Positions 9,553 to 21,113 of a stretch of 64,000 nucleotides of DNA are shown here, in pieces. The notes beneath the pieces are model-generated. The model was given only the letters and a program-made list of their open reading frames with translations. It made no database searches and was not told the DNA's origin. Every line of letters starts with the position of its first letter. The first letter of the stretch is position 1. The position numbers were made by a program, and so were the translations under genes. Location: NCBI GenBank assembly GCA_965113315.1, contig OZ220367.1. The stretch is one strand, 5' to 3'. The DNA comes from Podarcis vaucheri. Its lineage: Eukaryota.

Positions 9553-10497
9553 TCACCCATTTGCTGAACCTTCTACCATCTGAAGTTGCGGTGGGTAGTT
9601 ATTGTACTTTACCAAGTAGTTACTGTATTGATTTCTTTCTCGTCTGACACATATCTTGTTCAGAAGTTCTTTGTTCCGCAGCCCATAAACCACAGGGCTG
9701 AAGCTTTGTGCAAGTAAGAAACCAACAAAAGCTCCAAATTTTATCAGAACATGTTCTGATCCTTTTCCGATGGCTGTCAAGATTAAGGGTGGAAGAATAT
9801 GGAAGCTCATTTGTACACCATGAATAATGACTGTTTTTCTGGCCTTCTTATTTGAACAGTTAAAATGACCGCTGAGCTTTCCTTCTCTCCACAGGAGAAA
9901 ATAAACAGTTACCATGACAGCTGCAAGAAGCAAAATGAGAATACTTCCGGTTATTTTGGCAAAATCACTACCCAGGATAGTTGGGCAAGAGGGCTCTGCT
10001 TCATATATGTCCCTCGGATCTCCTTCTGTACGTTCCACAATGATCAAGCATGCAGATTTGAGGATTGTTCCGACCCAAACACAAGCTATAGCTTTGCGTT
10101 TCACCAAGTGTACAAAGGCCAGGTATCTCAAAGGCCAGCAAACTGCTAAGCAAGTGTTAATTGCCATCAAAGCCAGTGTTACCAGCACTGCTTCTGCAAC
10201 TGCTGTTTGTACTCCAAAGGTGATCCAGATCCAGAATTGTTGCACTTTAAATGTTTGTATCGCGTTGGACACCATGCCAGAGCAACAGAATAAAGAGCAA
10301 CAGAGAAGATGATGGCATAGGAGGAAGTATCTCACTTCCTTCACCATTTTAGAGTTCTGTCTCACAGTCTTGATTATTAATATATTCAATGCAGTTATGA
10401 ATATGAAGTTAGACAAATAAAGGCTTCCCTTTACAACTACTAGCGTTTGTATTAAATCTGATTTGTTTGCTTGAGTTTCAGTCGTGGACACATTCAT
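9553..10497 (-). CDS. Orphan class-A 7TM receptor, GPR148 / type-2 odorant-receptor-like family (candidate group-kappa / Csprs ortholog), 314 aa
   Basis: Uninterrupted ORF with about seven hydrophobic segments, N-terminal N-glycosylation sequons (NVS, NKS), TM3-IC2 MAINTCLAVCWPLRY (cf. MAxDRYxAICxPLRY), TM6 KKARKTVIIHG, TM7 SFSPVVYGLRNKEL. First ATG is at 10497 (the track starts at an upstream TTG); splice acceptor TTATTTCCAG|G at 10521/10520. Confidence 0.85.
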   Translation of the reverse strand: MNVSTTETQANKSDLIQTLVVVKGSLYLSNFIFITALNILIIKTVRQNSKMVKEVRYFLLCHHLLCCSLFCCSGMVSNAIQTFKVQQFWIWITFGVQTAVAEAVLVTLALMAINTCLAVCWPLRYLAFVHLVKRKAIACVWVGTILKSACLIIVERTEGDPRDIYEAEPSCPTILGSDFAKITGSILILLLAAVMVTVYFLLWREGKLSGHFNCSNKKARKTVIIHGVQMSFHILPPLILTAIGKGSEHVLIKFGAFVGFLLAQSFSPVVYGLRNKELLNKICVRRERNQYSNYLVKYNNYPPQLQMVEGSANG

Positions 10498-10584
10498 AAT
10501 AGCCAAGTGTAGTTCTTGCCCTGGAAATAAATAAGCAATACATTTAGAACAGTATTATAACAATATATTTCCAGCTATTTAGTC

Positions 10585-10622
10585 TGATGGGGAAACCCAG
10601 ACAGATGGGCGGGGTATAAATA

Positions 10623-10680
<58 letters not shown>

Positions 10681-10681
10681 T
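10585..10681 (+). repeat. Very short L2 3' tail plus (TTA)n microsatellite
   Basis: AGATGGGCGGGGTATAAATAA followed by about 19 TTA units; same tail as other L2 copies. Confidence 0.8.
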
Positions 10682-10784
10682 ACATGAACAGGATTATAAT
10701 CTATATGCACTGGAGTTTTGAGCCACTGTGGTGTCATTGCTGGAGTAGAATCTAGAAGACCAGTGTTCAAAACCTAACTCAGCA

Positions 10785-11090
10785 CTAGGGATGGAGAAAT
10801 TTTATTCAGGATACATTTGAAGCTGACTTTTTCCAGTCCATACTTTCTGAAGGAACTAATCCTTTGAAATGTGCACCTATCCGAATTTTGCAGTGCCATT
10901 CTCCAACCAAATGCTGTTTACAAAATGGCATATATTAGGGGAAGTTTGCCTAAAAATGAAGATATTGGGTGGGGGGACAGCTTGCAAAAATGTGTACATT
11001 AGTCAAAACTGTATATTAAAAATGTGTTTATGAGGAGAAATTTGCCCTAAAATGCGATGAACTTTTAAGAGGATTTTAAAGGAAAAATAT
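10785..11090. mobile_element. Old interspersed repeat, probably a non-autonomous DNA transposon
   Basis: Similar to 20065-20215 and 20670-20870 (shared GAATTTTGC..TCTCCA.. and AAAAATGTGTACATTA blocks). Confidence 0.5.
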
Positions 11091-12475
11091 CTCTGAGCCA
11101 CGAAGCTCGTCAGTTGACTTCCTTAGTTAATTTTTCAGAAAGGGCCATACTTTCTGTTTCCACTGAACAACTGAATCTTTTAAACTGGTATTTATTGAGC
11201 ATTTGTTCCGATTGGTTTGCGGGGAGTTTATACGACAATGAACGTTCATCCTGATTGGCTTGCCCATCTCCAGCAAATCACCCAGAGATTCTGTATTCTC
11301 TTCTTCCCATCCCTGGTTTATAACAATAGACAGTGCGAGAAATGGAGAGGTGTCAGGCAATACTCTCTACTACCTTGATGAATAGCATGTAATCTGAAAC
11401 TAGGAGGTGGGTATACTAACTTCCCCAAATAGCACATCTTTTTCTCTTCTACTATAAATGTTGAGAATAGCACAATTAAATTAAAACAACAGCAACAACA
11501 ACAACCAGTAGTGTATGCGTGTTCATCATGCTAAATTAAACTGAGTGAAAGCAATGTCATGACAAGAGATTAGAAAACAGTTCTATACCATAGCAAATTT
11601 ATAAATTCCAAGAGTTGGAATACATCACTTATTCAACTTCATACATCCCATATCTTACCTTTTCATGTTCTCCCTCTCCCAGGAGTAGATTCTAAATTTG
11701 AAGATTATGACTTCTCAACCTACAGTACCACATCCATCTAAGCATGATGACATCTTCAGAATGCAGACTCTTCATGGACCTTGATGTTTAATCCTAGTTT
11801 AGATGTTTATCTGATCTTTAAAACCGTGCTTTTAATAGTACGCTGATTGCAATAGTTTACACTGATCTGGAAATGCACTGAAAATTTAGACGTACCTTTC
11901 TTTGCTCTGTGCTAGCTCACACTGCTTCTTTTTGTTCCACCGCATCTTACTGAAATACCCTAGCAGAAAAGGAAGAAGAAGGAAAACTAACTCTGAGATT
12001 ATTAATTGTGGAACTAGAGGGAGGAAATAAAACCAAAAACCCCAAAGAAAACCTTCTCATATCTTCCACCAGCTATTTTGCATTTGCTGAGCAAGACCAG
12101 TCTCTAAATTTCTATTTATTGCCTGGATCAATGCCTACATCATCTACCTCAACCCAAAATGCACAAAGTTCATGGAATATTAATTGAATGCAAGTTGATG
12201 ATGCGTTCATAAAATAAAACATAAGACTTACTTTAGTTTCTGAGCTATGTGGACATAAGAGGCTGCCTTATATTGAGCCAGGCCACTGATTGTTTCCAGC
12301 TGCTGGTGCATTGTATCTCTCCAGGGTTCCTGTGAGGGATTTTCCCGAGCCCTTCCTCAAGTTGCTGGAGGCTGAACCCATGATTTTCTACATATTTTCC
12401 ACCACTGGCTCATGGTCTTTCCCTACCTGTGAATTTAGATGGGTTTTATGTTCTTGATCCTATGTCAGAAAAGAA

Positions 12476-12817
12476 AGGTAAAGGTAAAGGGGCCCCTGAC
12501 CATTAGGTCCAGTCGTGACCAACTCTGGGGTTGTGGCGCTCATCTCGCTTTATTGGCCGAGGGAGCTGGCGTACAGCTTCCGGGTCATGTGGCCAGCATG
12601 ACAAAGCCGCTTCTGGCAAACCAGAGCAGCGCACAGAAACGCCGTTTACCTTCCCGCCAGAGTGGTACCTATTTATCTACTTGCACTTTTTGGTGTGCTT
12701 TCGAACTGCTAGGTTGGCAGGAGCTGGGACCGAGCAACGGGAGCTCACCCCGTCACGGGGATTCGAACTGCCAACCTTCTGATTGGCAAGTCCTAGGCTC
12801 TGTGGTTTAACGCCCTC
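12476..12817 (-). mobile_element. Sauria SINE
   Basis: High similarity to the other copies; TSD TCAGAAAAGAA at 12465-12475 and 12818-12828. Confidence 0.9.
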
Positions 12818-13194
12818 TCAGAAAAGAAGGCACTACCAAAAGCATGCATATTTCACAATCAGGGCCGGCTCATCCATTAGGCAAGGTTAGGCGACGACCT
12901 CAGTCAGCAGGATCCACAGGGGCAGCAGATCCCAGTGTAAACCTTCATTGCCCTCTTGTTCATGGTGTAGATCTTCACACACTCCTTATTCCCTGGTGTG
13001 GAGGGAGGCTAAAGTCATTCAGAAGTACCCCCAAGCTGTGAACCCCTTTGTACTTCTGGATCCTTTGTTGTTGCTCGAGGCTCAGGCAGCCTTGGAGGCA
13101 CAGAGTGAGTGCCTTCCACCAGCTTCTGTCATCTCTGCTCTGGTCACCTCTAGGTCATATTATTGCAACATGCTAATCTAACCTCTGAAGACCA

Positions 13195-13732
13195 AAATCT
13201 GCCTCTGAAGACAGTTTGGAAACTTCAGGTGGTGCAGAATTCAGTGGCCAGGTTGCTAACCGGGGCAAGACAGTTTGAGCATATAACACCGATCTTGGCC
13301 CAACTGCACTGGCTGCCAATTGGTTTCCAGGCCCAATTCAATGTGCCGCTTTTGACCTTTAAAGCCTTAAATGGCTCAGGGCTGCAATACCTTAAGGACC
13401 GCCTCCTCTTCCTATATGAAACAACCTTGACTTTGCAATCACCATCTGAGGTCCTTCTAGATGTGCCTCCCCCACAAGAGGTCCACAGGGTGACAACATA
13501 AGAATGGGACTTTTCTGTGGTGACTCCCTGCTTATGGAATGCTCTCCCCATATCTTCCATATCTTTAAGCATCAGGCAGAAACATTCCCTTTCTCCTAGG
13601 CCTTTGGCTAATTAAACCTTCTACGGCCTTTTAAACCAGAGGGGTTGGAACTATTGTTTTTGTTTGTTATTATGGTACGTATTTTTGTGTTTCTATATTG
13701 TAAACCACCCTGTGATCTTTGGGTGAAGAGCA

Positions 13733-13777
<45 letters not shown>
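13195..13777 (+). mobile_element. Older L2 LINE 3' fragment with (AAT)n tail
   Basis: Translation LPLKTVWKLQVVQNSVARLLTG..HITPILAQLHWLPI..FKALNG; (AAT)n at 13733-13777. Confidence 0.85.
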
Positions 13778-13778
<1 letters not shown>

Positions 13779-14556
13779 CCACATCTGAAATGTGTTCCAT
13801 ATTCAGTTATCCAGTTTCTTCTCTCCCCCCCCCCTTTTATAACAGTGCCCCTATGATTTTACCAGCAGAATTAAAGGAAAACAAGGCAGAAGTTCAACAG
13901 GAGACACTTTCATCCTGTTTGCATTTTCGTTACTGGGTGTCTGCTAGGAGGTGGCAAGAGAGAATCCTTACCCTATTGAATTTCTGCCCATCACAAAAAG
14001 CTTTTAAAGGCTCAGGCTCACCGAAGAAGGCAGCCCTTATTCACATTACAGTTTTGGCCTACAGTATATACTTCCGGTTTCTTTACATTTAACCTACTCT
14101 TGGTCTGAAGGAGTTAAAGAAATTACTCCTTCATGGTTCAAAGCGATTTTCATGAATTCTGCAGCAACCTGCTGTTCCCGTTGATAAGGAGTAAGATTTG
14201 CAATTAGTAGCTTTCCACCTATCAATGTCAAAGGCTGGAGGGCACTGAAGAGCATTGTCTCAGCACTGTGCAATTAGTTTCTCCCAACATCTGTCAAGCT
14301 CTTGCCTGGTCAAAAGAGAAGCAAGCTTTTGTTGTAGGAACAGCCACTAGTAATACGACAGGTAGTGACGAATAAGAAGTTCCATTACTTTTCTCATTAC
14401 GGCAGAAAGATGCAACAGCTTATGCTAAGGATTTCCCATCCCCGACAATTCTATGAATGATAATTCGTAAATGGCATTTGCACCTTAGCTGAGCCCTCCG
14501 CTTTCAAAGAAAAACCTACCAACATGTTTTGACAGCACATGTCCTGATTTTGTCAT

Positions 14557-14596
14557 CCACTAGGGGGCAGCAGAGGGCAACTTGTTGCTAGGCAAA
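14557..14596 (+). promoter_or_regulatory. CTCF core motif with adjacent RFX X-box-like site
   Basis: CCACTAGGGGGCAG (14557-14570) matches the CTCF core consensus; overlapping GCAGCAGAGGGCA; GTTGCTAGGCAAA at 14584-14596. Confidence 0.65.
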
Positions 14597-14797
14597 TCAC
14601 AGCACTAACCAGGCTGAAGTGGTTTTAAAAGGTGGTTAAGGTGCCCACCTTTTTTTAAAAAAAGAAGTTCATTTGTTATGCACTTTATTTTTGTTGCAAA
14701 GAGCATCTGCTTAGATTCAAGACAAAAGATAGCTGTGGTCACCAGACCTGATTCACACACGCCACAGGCTGCAGGTGGCAATCTCCTTTTTGAATAC

Positions 14798-14798
<1 letters not shown>

Positions 14799-14830
<32 letters not shown>

Positions 14831-14885
14831 TTATTTATATCCCGCCCTGCCCAGCCAAAGCTGGGCTCAGAGTGGCTAACAACAG
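14799..14885 (-). repeat. (AAT)n microsatellite plus short LINE 3' tail
   Basis: AAT array followed by TTTATTTATATCCCGCCC..CTCAGAGTGGCT, a typical L2-type 3' end. Confidence 0.7.
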
Positions 14886-15051
14886 TAAAATAATACAGCA
14901 TTATCTTACAAAACTCCCCGAAAGTAGAAAAGCAGCACAACAGGCAAGGAGGTGGGGATCAGAATCTTTCTCCCTGGTGTGCTACTTTTCTGTTTGCGGG
15001 GAGGCCTTTAAAAACCCCCACAACCAACCACAAGAACAACACACTGTGGAG

Positions 15052-15679
15052 CAGGAGTCAGCAACCTTTTTCAGCCGTGGGCTGGTCCACCGTCCCTCAG
15101 ACCATGTGGTGGGCAGGACTATATTTTTTGGGGGGAGGATGAACAAATTCCTATGCCCCACAAATAACCCAGAGATGCATTTTAAATAAAAGCACACATT
15201 CTGCTCATGGAAAAACACCAGGCAGGCCCCACAAATAACCCAGAGATGCATTTTAAATACAGTGGTGCCTCGCAAGGCGAAAAGAATCTGTTCTGTGATT
15301 CTCTTCGTCTAGCGGTTTGTTCGTCTTGCGAAGCAAGCCCATTGACGGATTAGCGGATTAGCGCTATTAGCAACTTATCGGATCAGCTGATAAGCGGCTT
15401 AGCGGCTTAGAAAAGGGGGGGGGACCCACAGGAACTCGCAAGACATTTTCGTCTTGCAAAGCAAGCCCATAGGAGATTCGTTTTGCGAAGCACCTCCAAA
15501 ACGGAAAACTCTTTTGTCTAGCGACTTTTCTGTCTTGCGAGGCATTCGTCTTGCGGGGCACCACTGTAAAAGGACACATTCCACTCATGTAAAAACATGC
15601 TGATTCCAGGACCATCTGCAAGCCGGATTGAGGTGATTGGGTTGCATCTGGCCCCTGGGCCTTTGGCTGCCTACCCCTG
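15052..15679. mobile_element. Non-autonomous hAT element hosting a nested MITE
   Basis: Ends CAGGAGTCAGCAA / GCTGCCTACCCCTG; perfect 8-bp TSD CTGTGGAG (15044-15051, 15680-15687). Confidence 0.85.
15260..15566. mobile_element. Tigger-like MITE, family B
   Basis: TIRs CAGTGGTGCCTCGCAAG / CTTGCGGGGCACCACTG, TA TSD; four copies in the window. Confidence 0.9.
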
Positions 15680-15819
15680 CTGTGGAGCATTCAAAATGGC
15701 ACACCTCAGCTGCAGTCCAAAATAGCACACCTCCTACCTGTTGCATGCATATAGATGAGGCTTCAGCTACAGGGCCCAGGTCTTCCCAGGCTGCAAGGGC
15801 TGGGGTTGTGCTTCTATGA

Positions 15820-16620
15820 GATGTAAGGGGAAGGCAAGTGAGGGGACTGCATAAATGTCCCTGCCACCCACACCACCCTGGGGATAAAGCAGGTCTAAGG
15901 CAGGAAGCCTGGCTGTATGGGCATAGCTTCCCTGAACAATCTTGAACCCTGACTTTGCAGGTTGGGAGTCCTTGGACGCTGAGCCAGGATCCCCACTTCC
16001 GAGGTCCTGCATTTCATATGATCGGATGGAGGGCAAATGACTGGAGGTCAGTTGGGTGCAACTACTGATTACTCCGCTTGAAAGCTTCATATAGTGGACG
16101 CCAAGACCTCCTCCATTGAATGTACATTTCCTGTTTCCTATCGGGCACTTAATCTTGGCAACAGCAGGCCCCAACTTGCAAGACAGCAGTTCTGCTAGCC
16201 AGACTGCCGGGTGTTCCTGGAGACAAAAATATATGCAGAGCCAGCTCTCCCACAAAGGCAGGCTAGACAGCAGAAATTAAAGCACCCCTGCCTGCAGTGC
16301 TGGAAGCAGCACGTAAACCTATATTGTTTCTGGAATGGCTGGCCTGCCCTGTCAATCGAGAACATGTCCCAGAACCTTAATAAGCACCAGACCAAGACAA
16401 ATCACTGACTGAGGCAAAGGGCAAGATTGTGGGTCGCTGGTAGTGCGCTGCCTTGGACTGCAAGCCCTCAATGCAGTGCAAAGTCCACTTTATGACAATA
16501 CTGAACATAAGGAATTTCTGGTGTCTTGAGCCTGCCTGTCCTAGCCCTTAACCTTTGCCTTAGAGGGAGAAAGCATCAGCTTAAAGCCTGTGGCCTAACT
16601 TGGCTTTTTCTGCCAGCATT
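15820..16620 (+). mobile_element. Possible decayed DIRS/Ngaro-type retrotransposon remnant
   Basis: WLYGHSF at 15910-15930, then frameshifted IGWRAMxWxQL-like and PPPLNVH remnants (SGNH-hydrolase-like); TKTN..GKG near 16391-16422 resembles the tyrosine-recombinase SKTDQxGxG motif. Heavily mutated. Confidence 0.3.
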
Positions 16621-19359
16621 ACTGTCTGCAAAGAATCAGGCGATGACTACAATCCTCTGCATGCTTAATTTGGATTCAGTCACGGTGCGATTTACTTTCA
16701 GGTAATAAGTAGGATCATCTGCTTCTGTGTGTTTAGAACCGAGAGCTGAGTTTGTCCTGGAATCTTATCTTAACCTTCTATTTCCAGGCATGATTGCTGT
16801 GATTTATTTTACAAACTTCTCTGTTGAAAGATTATTCTCTCAAGTAAGTACGCACAGGATCAGAGTTTTAGATCTTTTTCGTCATCTTTTCTATTGATGA
16901 TATTGAGGTCAACTTTGGCCCAGTTGCTCTTTTTCTGTGGATTTGCAAAAATATCAACTCGCATCAACTTCAGTACATTAAAAGAGGTTGCAATGTCTGA
17001 CTCTGAGCACTTCCTGAAGAATGGTATGCTTCTGGTAAAGATGACATCTCAGTTACGGGTCCTTTTTAAAATTAACAGAACTGGTGTGTGCGCAATACAG
17101 CAGTAACATGGATGTGGAAAAACACACGCCGCCACCACCAGGGATTTGAAAAATAAAAGCTGAATCTTGCGTTAATTTGACATTACAAAAATCAAATCTG
17201 AATAACACAAATTCAGACAACTATAGAGAAGAAATATGGGTTTAGTTTGTATTAAAGGGGGGGGGGGGGAAACCACACAGTAAATTTGGAGATCTATTGC
17301 AAAATGGAGTCCACTACAAAATGCCACCAAAACTGGAATCTATGGGCATCTTTAGTACACTGCCTCAAATCAGGATTTGCTGTTATACAAACTGATATGT
17401 TTCTCCTGGAGACAGGTATGAGTAATTGATGGATTTTATAAAAACTGGGGAATCGGTCGTTATTTGCTTCTTTGTCTCCAGCAGCCTTTAGGTATCGTCC
17501 TATTATCTGCAGACCACTTAGTAAAGTCTAACCTAAGTGAGTCTGCAATCTCCTTCTCCACTCTAAAATGTACAAATGACACTATTGGAAGGAACAGAAG
17601 CAACCGCTGATTGCAAACTCTAAAGAGTTGACAGAGCACTTTAGCTCCTGATCAGATTGGAAAGCAAAGCTGCAGGGGTGATGGACCACTTCCTGTAGGT
17701 TAGCAAGCTGGGTGTGGTCTGTGGTCACCCCTGCTCTAAAGTGGGTTCAGCATGACTTATCACATAGCTGACTTATCACATAGATAGAACTACAGAAAGA
17801 AATGGAAGATTAAAAGCAGACATATGAACAAAAAAATATATTTTTTAAAAGCCCTGAAAGAAGGCCCTAGATTGCTCTTAGGAATGACTTCGGTTGCTCT
17901 AAGGAACAGCTATGGTTTAAGATCAGTTCAGCCAACAAATTCATGGATAAATTATGTGATTGCCCATGAATAAAGATTAGACACGAGCTGAATGAAAACT
18001 ATAATTTCCCACCGCATGATTGCAGAGAAAAGTCCTAAACTGTCACATTTATCAGGCTTCAAAAATTTGAATTATTCTAACAGAAAGGACAATGAAAATA
18101 GAAATAACAAACTTTTATATTTGGATGTATACTGGTACCTGGGCAAAGATGCAACTGACAATTAAAAACCTAACTAAAACATGTCCATTTGCATACAAAA
18201 TACCTTTAAATGAAAAAATATCTTATGACTTCTTACTTGGCATATTTGAAAACTTTAAACATTATTGAAATAAACAAGCAATTACACACATAACTTAGCA
18301 AATTGGAGAAGCAATACACCATGCACTGGGTGTGTGTTCTGCACATGTCATTGAATTTTAAACTCTTTCAATATTTTTCTTGTAATTTTTTTTTCCTATT
18401 TAAAGGCCCCTCATAATCTGAGACCTTAAACTATAGCTTACTTAGTTTGTGTGCAAATCCAGCACTGTGAAGATTCTTGTGGCACTATAAAGATGAACAA
18501 GCTTATGACATAGCTTTCACGCATTCTACTTAACCAGATGCATTATTATTTTTTCCTGTTTCTTTTCTGCAAGACAAGACAGCACAATCCTACGCATAAC
18601 TAGTAGGCTGAGCCCTACTGGGTTTATTTTGCATTGATAATGTTGTTGTTTTCTAGTGAAAATAGACCTTGCACAACCTTTTCCTTTTTTTTTTTAGGAA
18701 ACCCACACCGAGATTAAAATGCTTTAAGTTTCTAAGAAAACTACACCTTGCTCAAACATGCAGAATTGGCTGTTTCTGGCACAACCTGTACTGACTCTTC
18801 AGTTTCCTCAACAGACCTAGAAATATTTAGGCAGGAGTTCATAACTGCTGGAGCAATAAGTGGCTTTTTCTACTTACCATCTGCACTTCATCCGACTGAC
18901 TACCTGCACTGGTAGAAGGACACTCTGCCTTCCACCTGCATTAGATCTTCCCTCTCTCCATTTCTTTATCAAAAAGATTAATCCTTGGGCAAACGGAGTC
19001 TCTTTACTGCCCCCATTCATAACAGCTCTGGGAGACCAGGGAAATTAAGAAGCGACAGCAGTACCACCCCCTCTGAGATTCTGTATTCATGCTAATCAAG
19101 AATAAAGGAAAACACAGCCTTTCCTGTTGACTTCCTTTCAATCTTTTAAAATAGAAAACGCTACAAAAGATAAAAATGCATTGATATGTACAATTAACAC
19201 ATTGCACATTTACCCAATGTCTGCTGGAACAGTGATGCCACTGAGTGCAAATGTCATCTATGGCTGCATCGCAGTCTTCTCTGTGCTCCTCCTCCAAGTC
19301 TTTCCTGCCTTCTTATCCAGCCCCTATTGCCTCTTGATTATTATCTGTTTGGGATCGGG

Positions 19360-19543
19360 TAGGGTTGCCATATTTCAAAAAGTAAAAACCAGGACCAAAA
19401 ACCAAAAAAAAGGCGATTTTCCTATTGACTTGCCTAAAATCCAGGACTAAGTGCAGCCTTTCGGAAATCTCTCCCCCCCCCCGTCAATTTCACCTTTGAA
19501 ATCCCGGTAATGTCCACGAAAATCCAGACATATGGCAGGCCTA
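19360..19543. mobile_element. hAT-type MITE
   Basis: TIRs TAGGGTTGCCATAT / ATATGGCAGGCCTA; 6/8 TSD GGATCGGG / GAATTGGG. Confidence 0.75.
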
Positions 19544-19580
19544 GAATTGGGCACAAATCTGCTTCAGATCACATATAAGA

Positions 19581-20062
19581 TGTTGTTGTCATTTAGTCAT
19601 GTCCGACTCTTCGTGACCCCATGGACCAGAGAACGCCTGTCTTCTACTGCCTCCCGCAGTTTGGTCAAACTCATGCTGGTAGTTTCGAGAACACTGTCCA
19701 ACCATCTCGTCCTCTGTCTTCCCCTTCTCCTTGTGCCCTCCATCTTTCCCAACATCAGGGTCTTTTCCAGGGAGTCTTCTCTTCTCATGAGGTGGCCAAA
19801 GTATTGGAGCCTCAGCTTCACAATCTGTCCTTCCAGTGAGCACTCAGGGCTGATTTCCTTCAGAATGGATAGGTTTGATCTTCTTGCAGTTCATGGGACT
19901 CTCAAGAGTCTCCTCCAGCACCATAATTCAAAAGCATCAATTCTTCGGCGATCAGCCTTCTTTATGGTCCAGCTCTCACTTCCATACATCACTACTGGGA
20001 AAACCATAGTTTTAACTATACGGACCTTTGTTGGCAAGGTGATGTCTCTGCTTTTTAAGATG
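19581..20062 (-). mobile_element. BovB (RTE) LINE 3' fragment
   Basis: Translates to ILKSRDITLPTKVRIVKTMVFPVVMYGSESWTIKKA..LRLQYFGHLMRREDSLEKTLMLGK; (CAA)n tail; TAAGATG repeated at both ends. Confidence 0.95.
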
Positions 20063-21113
20063 AGCCTGCCTAATTCACACTTTCCGAAACAATATGTGAA
20101 ATGAACAACAATCTGCCTTACTATATCCACTTCTCTGAATTTTGCTGTGCACGTCTCCAGTCAAGTAATGTCTGTAAAAATGGACATTAAGGTAAAGTGT
20201 GCATATGTTTTAATTAAACATAAATACGAGCCTACGATGGAGGGGTTCACAGCATTAACATTCCAATAGGGTCTTGTTTCTCCCATAGACACAGCCTAGG
20301 ATTCAAATAGACATCAAACATCACACTGTGCCTCTCTGGCTTTACAGCCTGCAGCTTTACCTCTAGGTCACATTACACATACTTTCAGCTCTAAACTTTG
20401 GCTTTTCTCAGTATCTGCAAGTTGGGGTGGTGGTATGGGCCCCACCCATTTGCTGTCTCACACAGAGCCTCCTCTTCCTTGGTTCTCTTAATGGCCCATC
20501 ACCTAGGTGATTTCCTGAACACAGGAAGCTAGCCTGGCTTGATTAGCTTTTAACATTTACTAGGACTAGAGTGTCTGGCACCCAGTTTAACACCCCAAGC
20601 CTTGTTTAAATTCTAACACTTACTAGATCCAGGAATTTATAGTGGCCTGGCACCCACAAGATCATAGCAACATTAAGGAAAACTGCTTTCCGAAAAAATG
20701 TGTTAAGGGAAACCTACGCAAAAATGTGTACATTAAGATAAATTTGCACCAAAATGAGAACTTAAAATAATAATAATCTGGAGACTGATGTGGAAATCTG
20801 GAGAGCTGAGTTTAAGATGAGAAGAATGAGAAACTGAGAGAAGCCATAATCAACAGATTGGCATGCCTCTAGTTTGAGGATGTCATATTGTCTTCCATTT
20901 ACACCAGGGGTCACCAAGGTGCCTGTGAGCACCATTGTGTCTTGGCTGAAATGGTGTTGTGGGCCGAATGGGGAGACCTGTCAAGCCTAATTATCCCTAT
21001 GGGCTATAGGTTTCTCACTGCTGCTACATATTCCTATTTAATTTTAACAGCTCTTGTAAACTGCTTAGAGGTTTTGTTACAATCCAGTGGTATATGCCTT
21101 TCGATAGATAGAT

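Noticed and set aside
10498-10506. ORF-track start MAI.. for the receptor
   Set aside because: The track starts at TTG; the first ATG is 10497 and a splice acceptor lies at 10521.
18470-18542. Third Penelope hammerhead
   Set aside because: Resembles an old pLTR fragment, but the CUGANGA box is destroyed (CTGGTTA on the minus strand).
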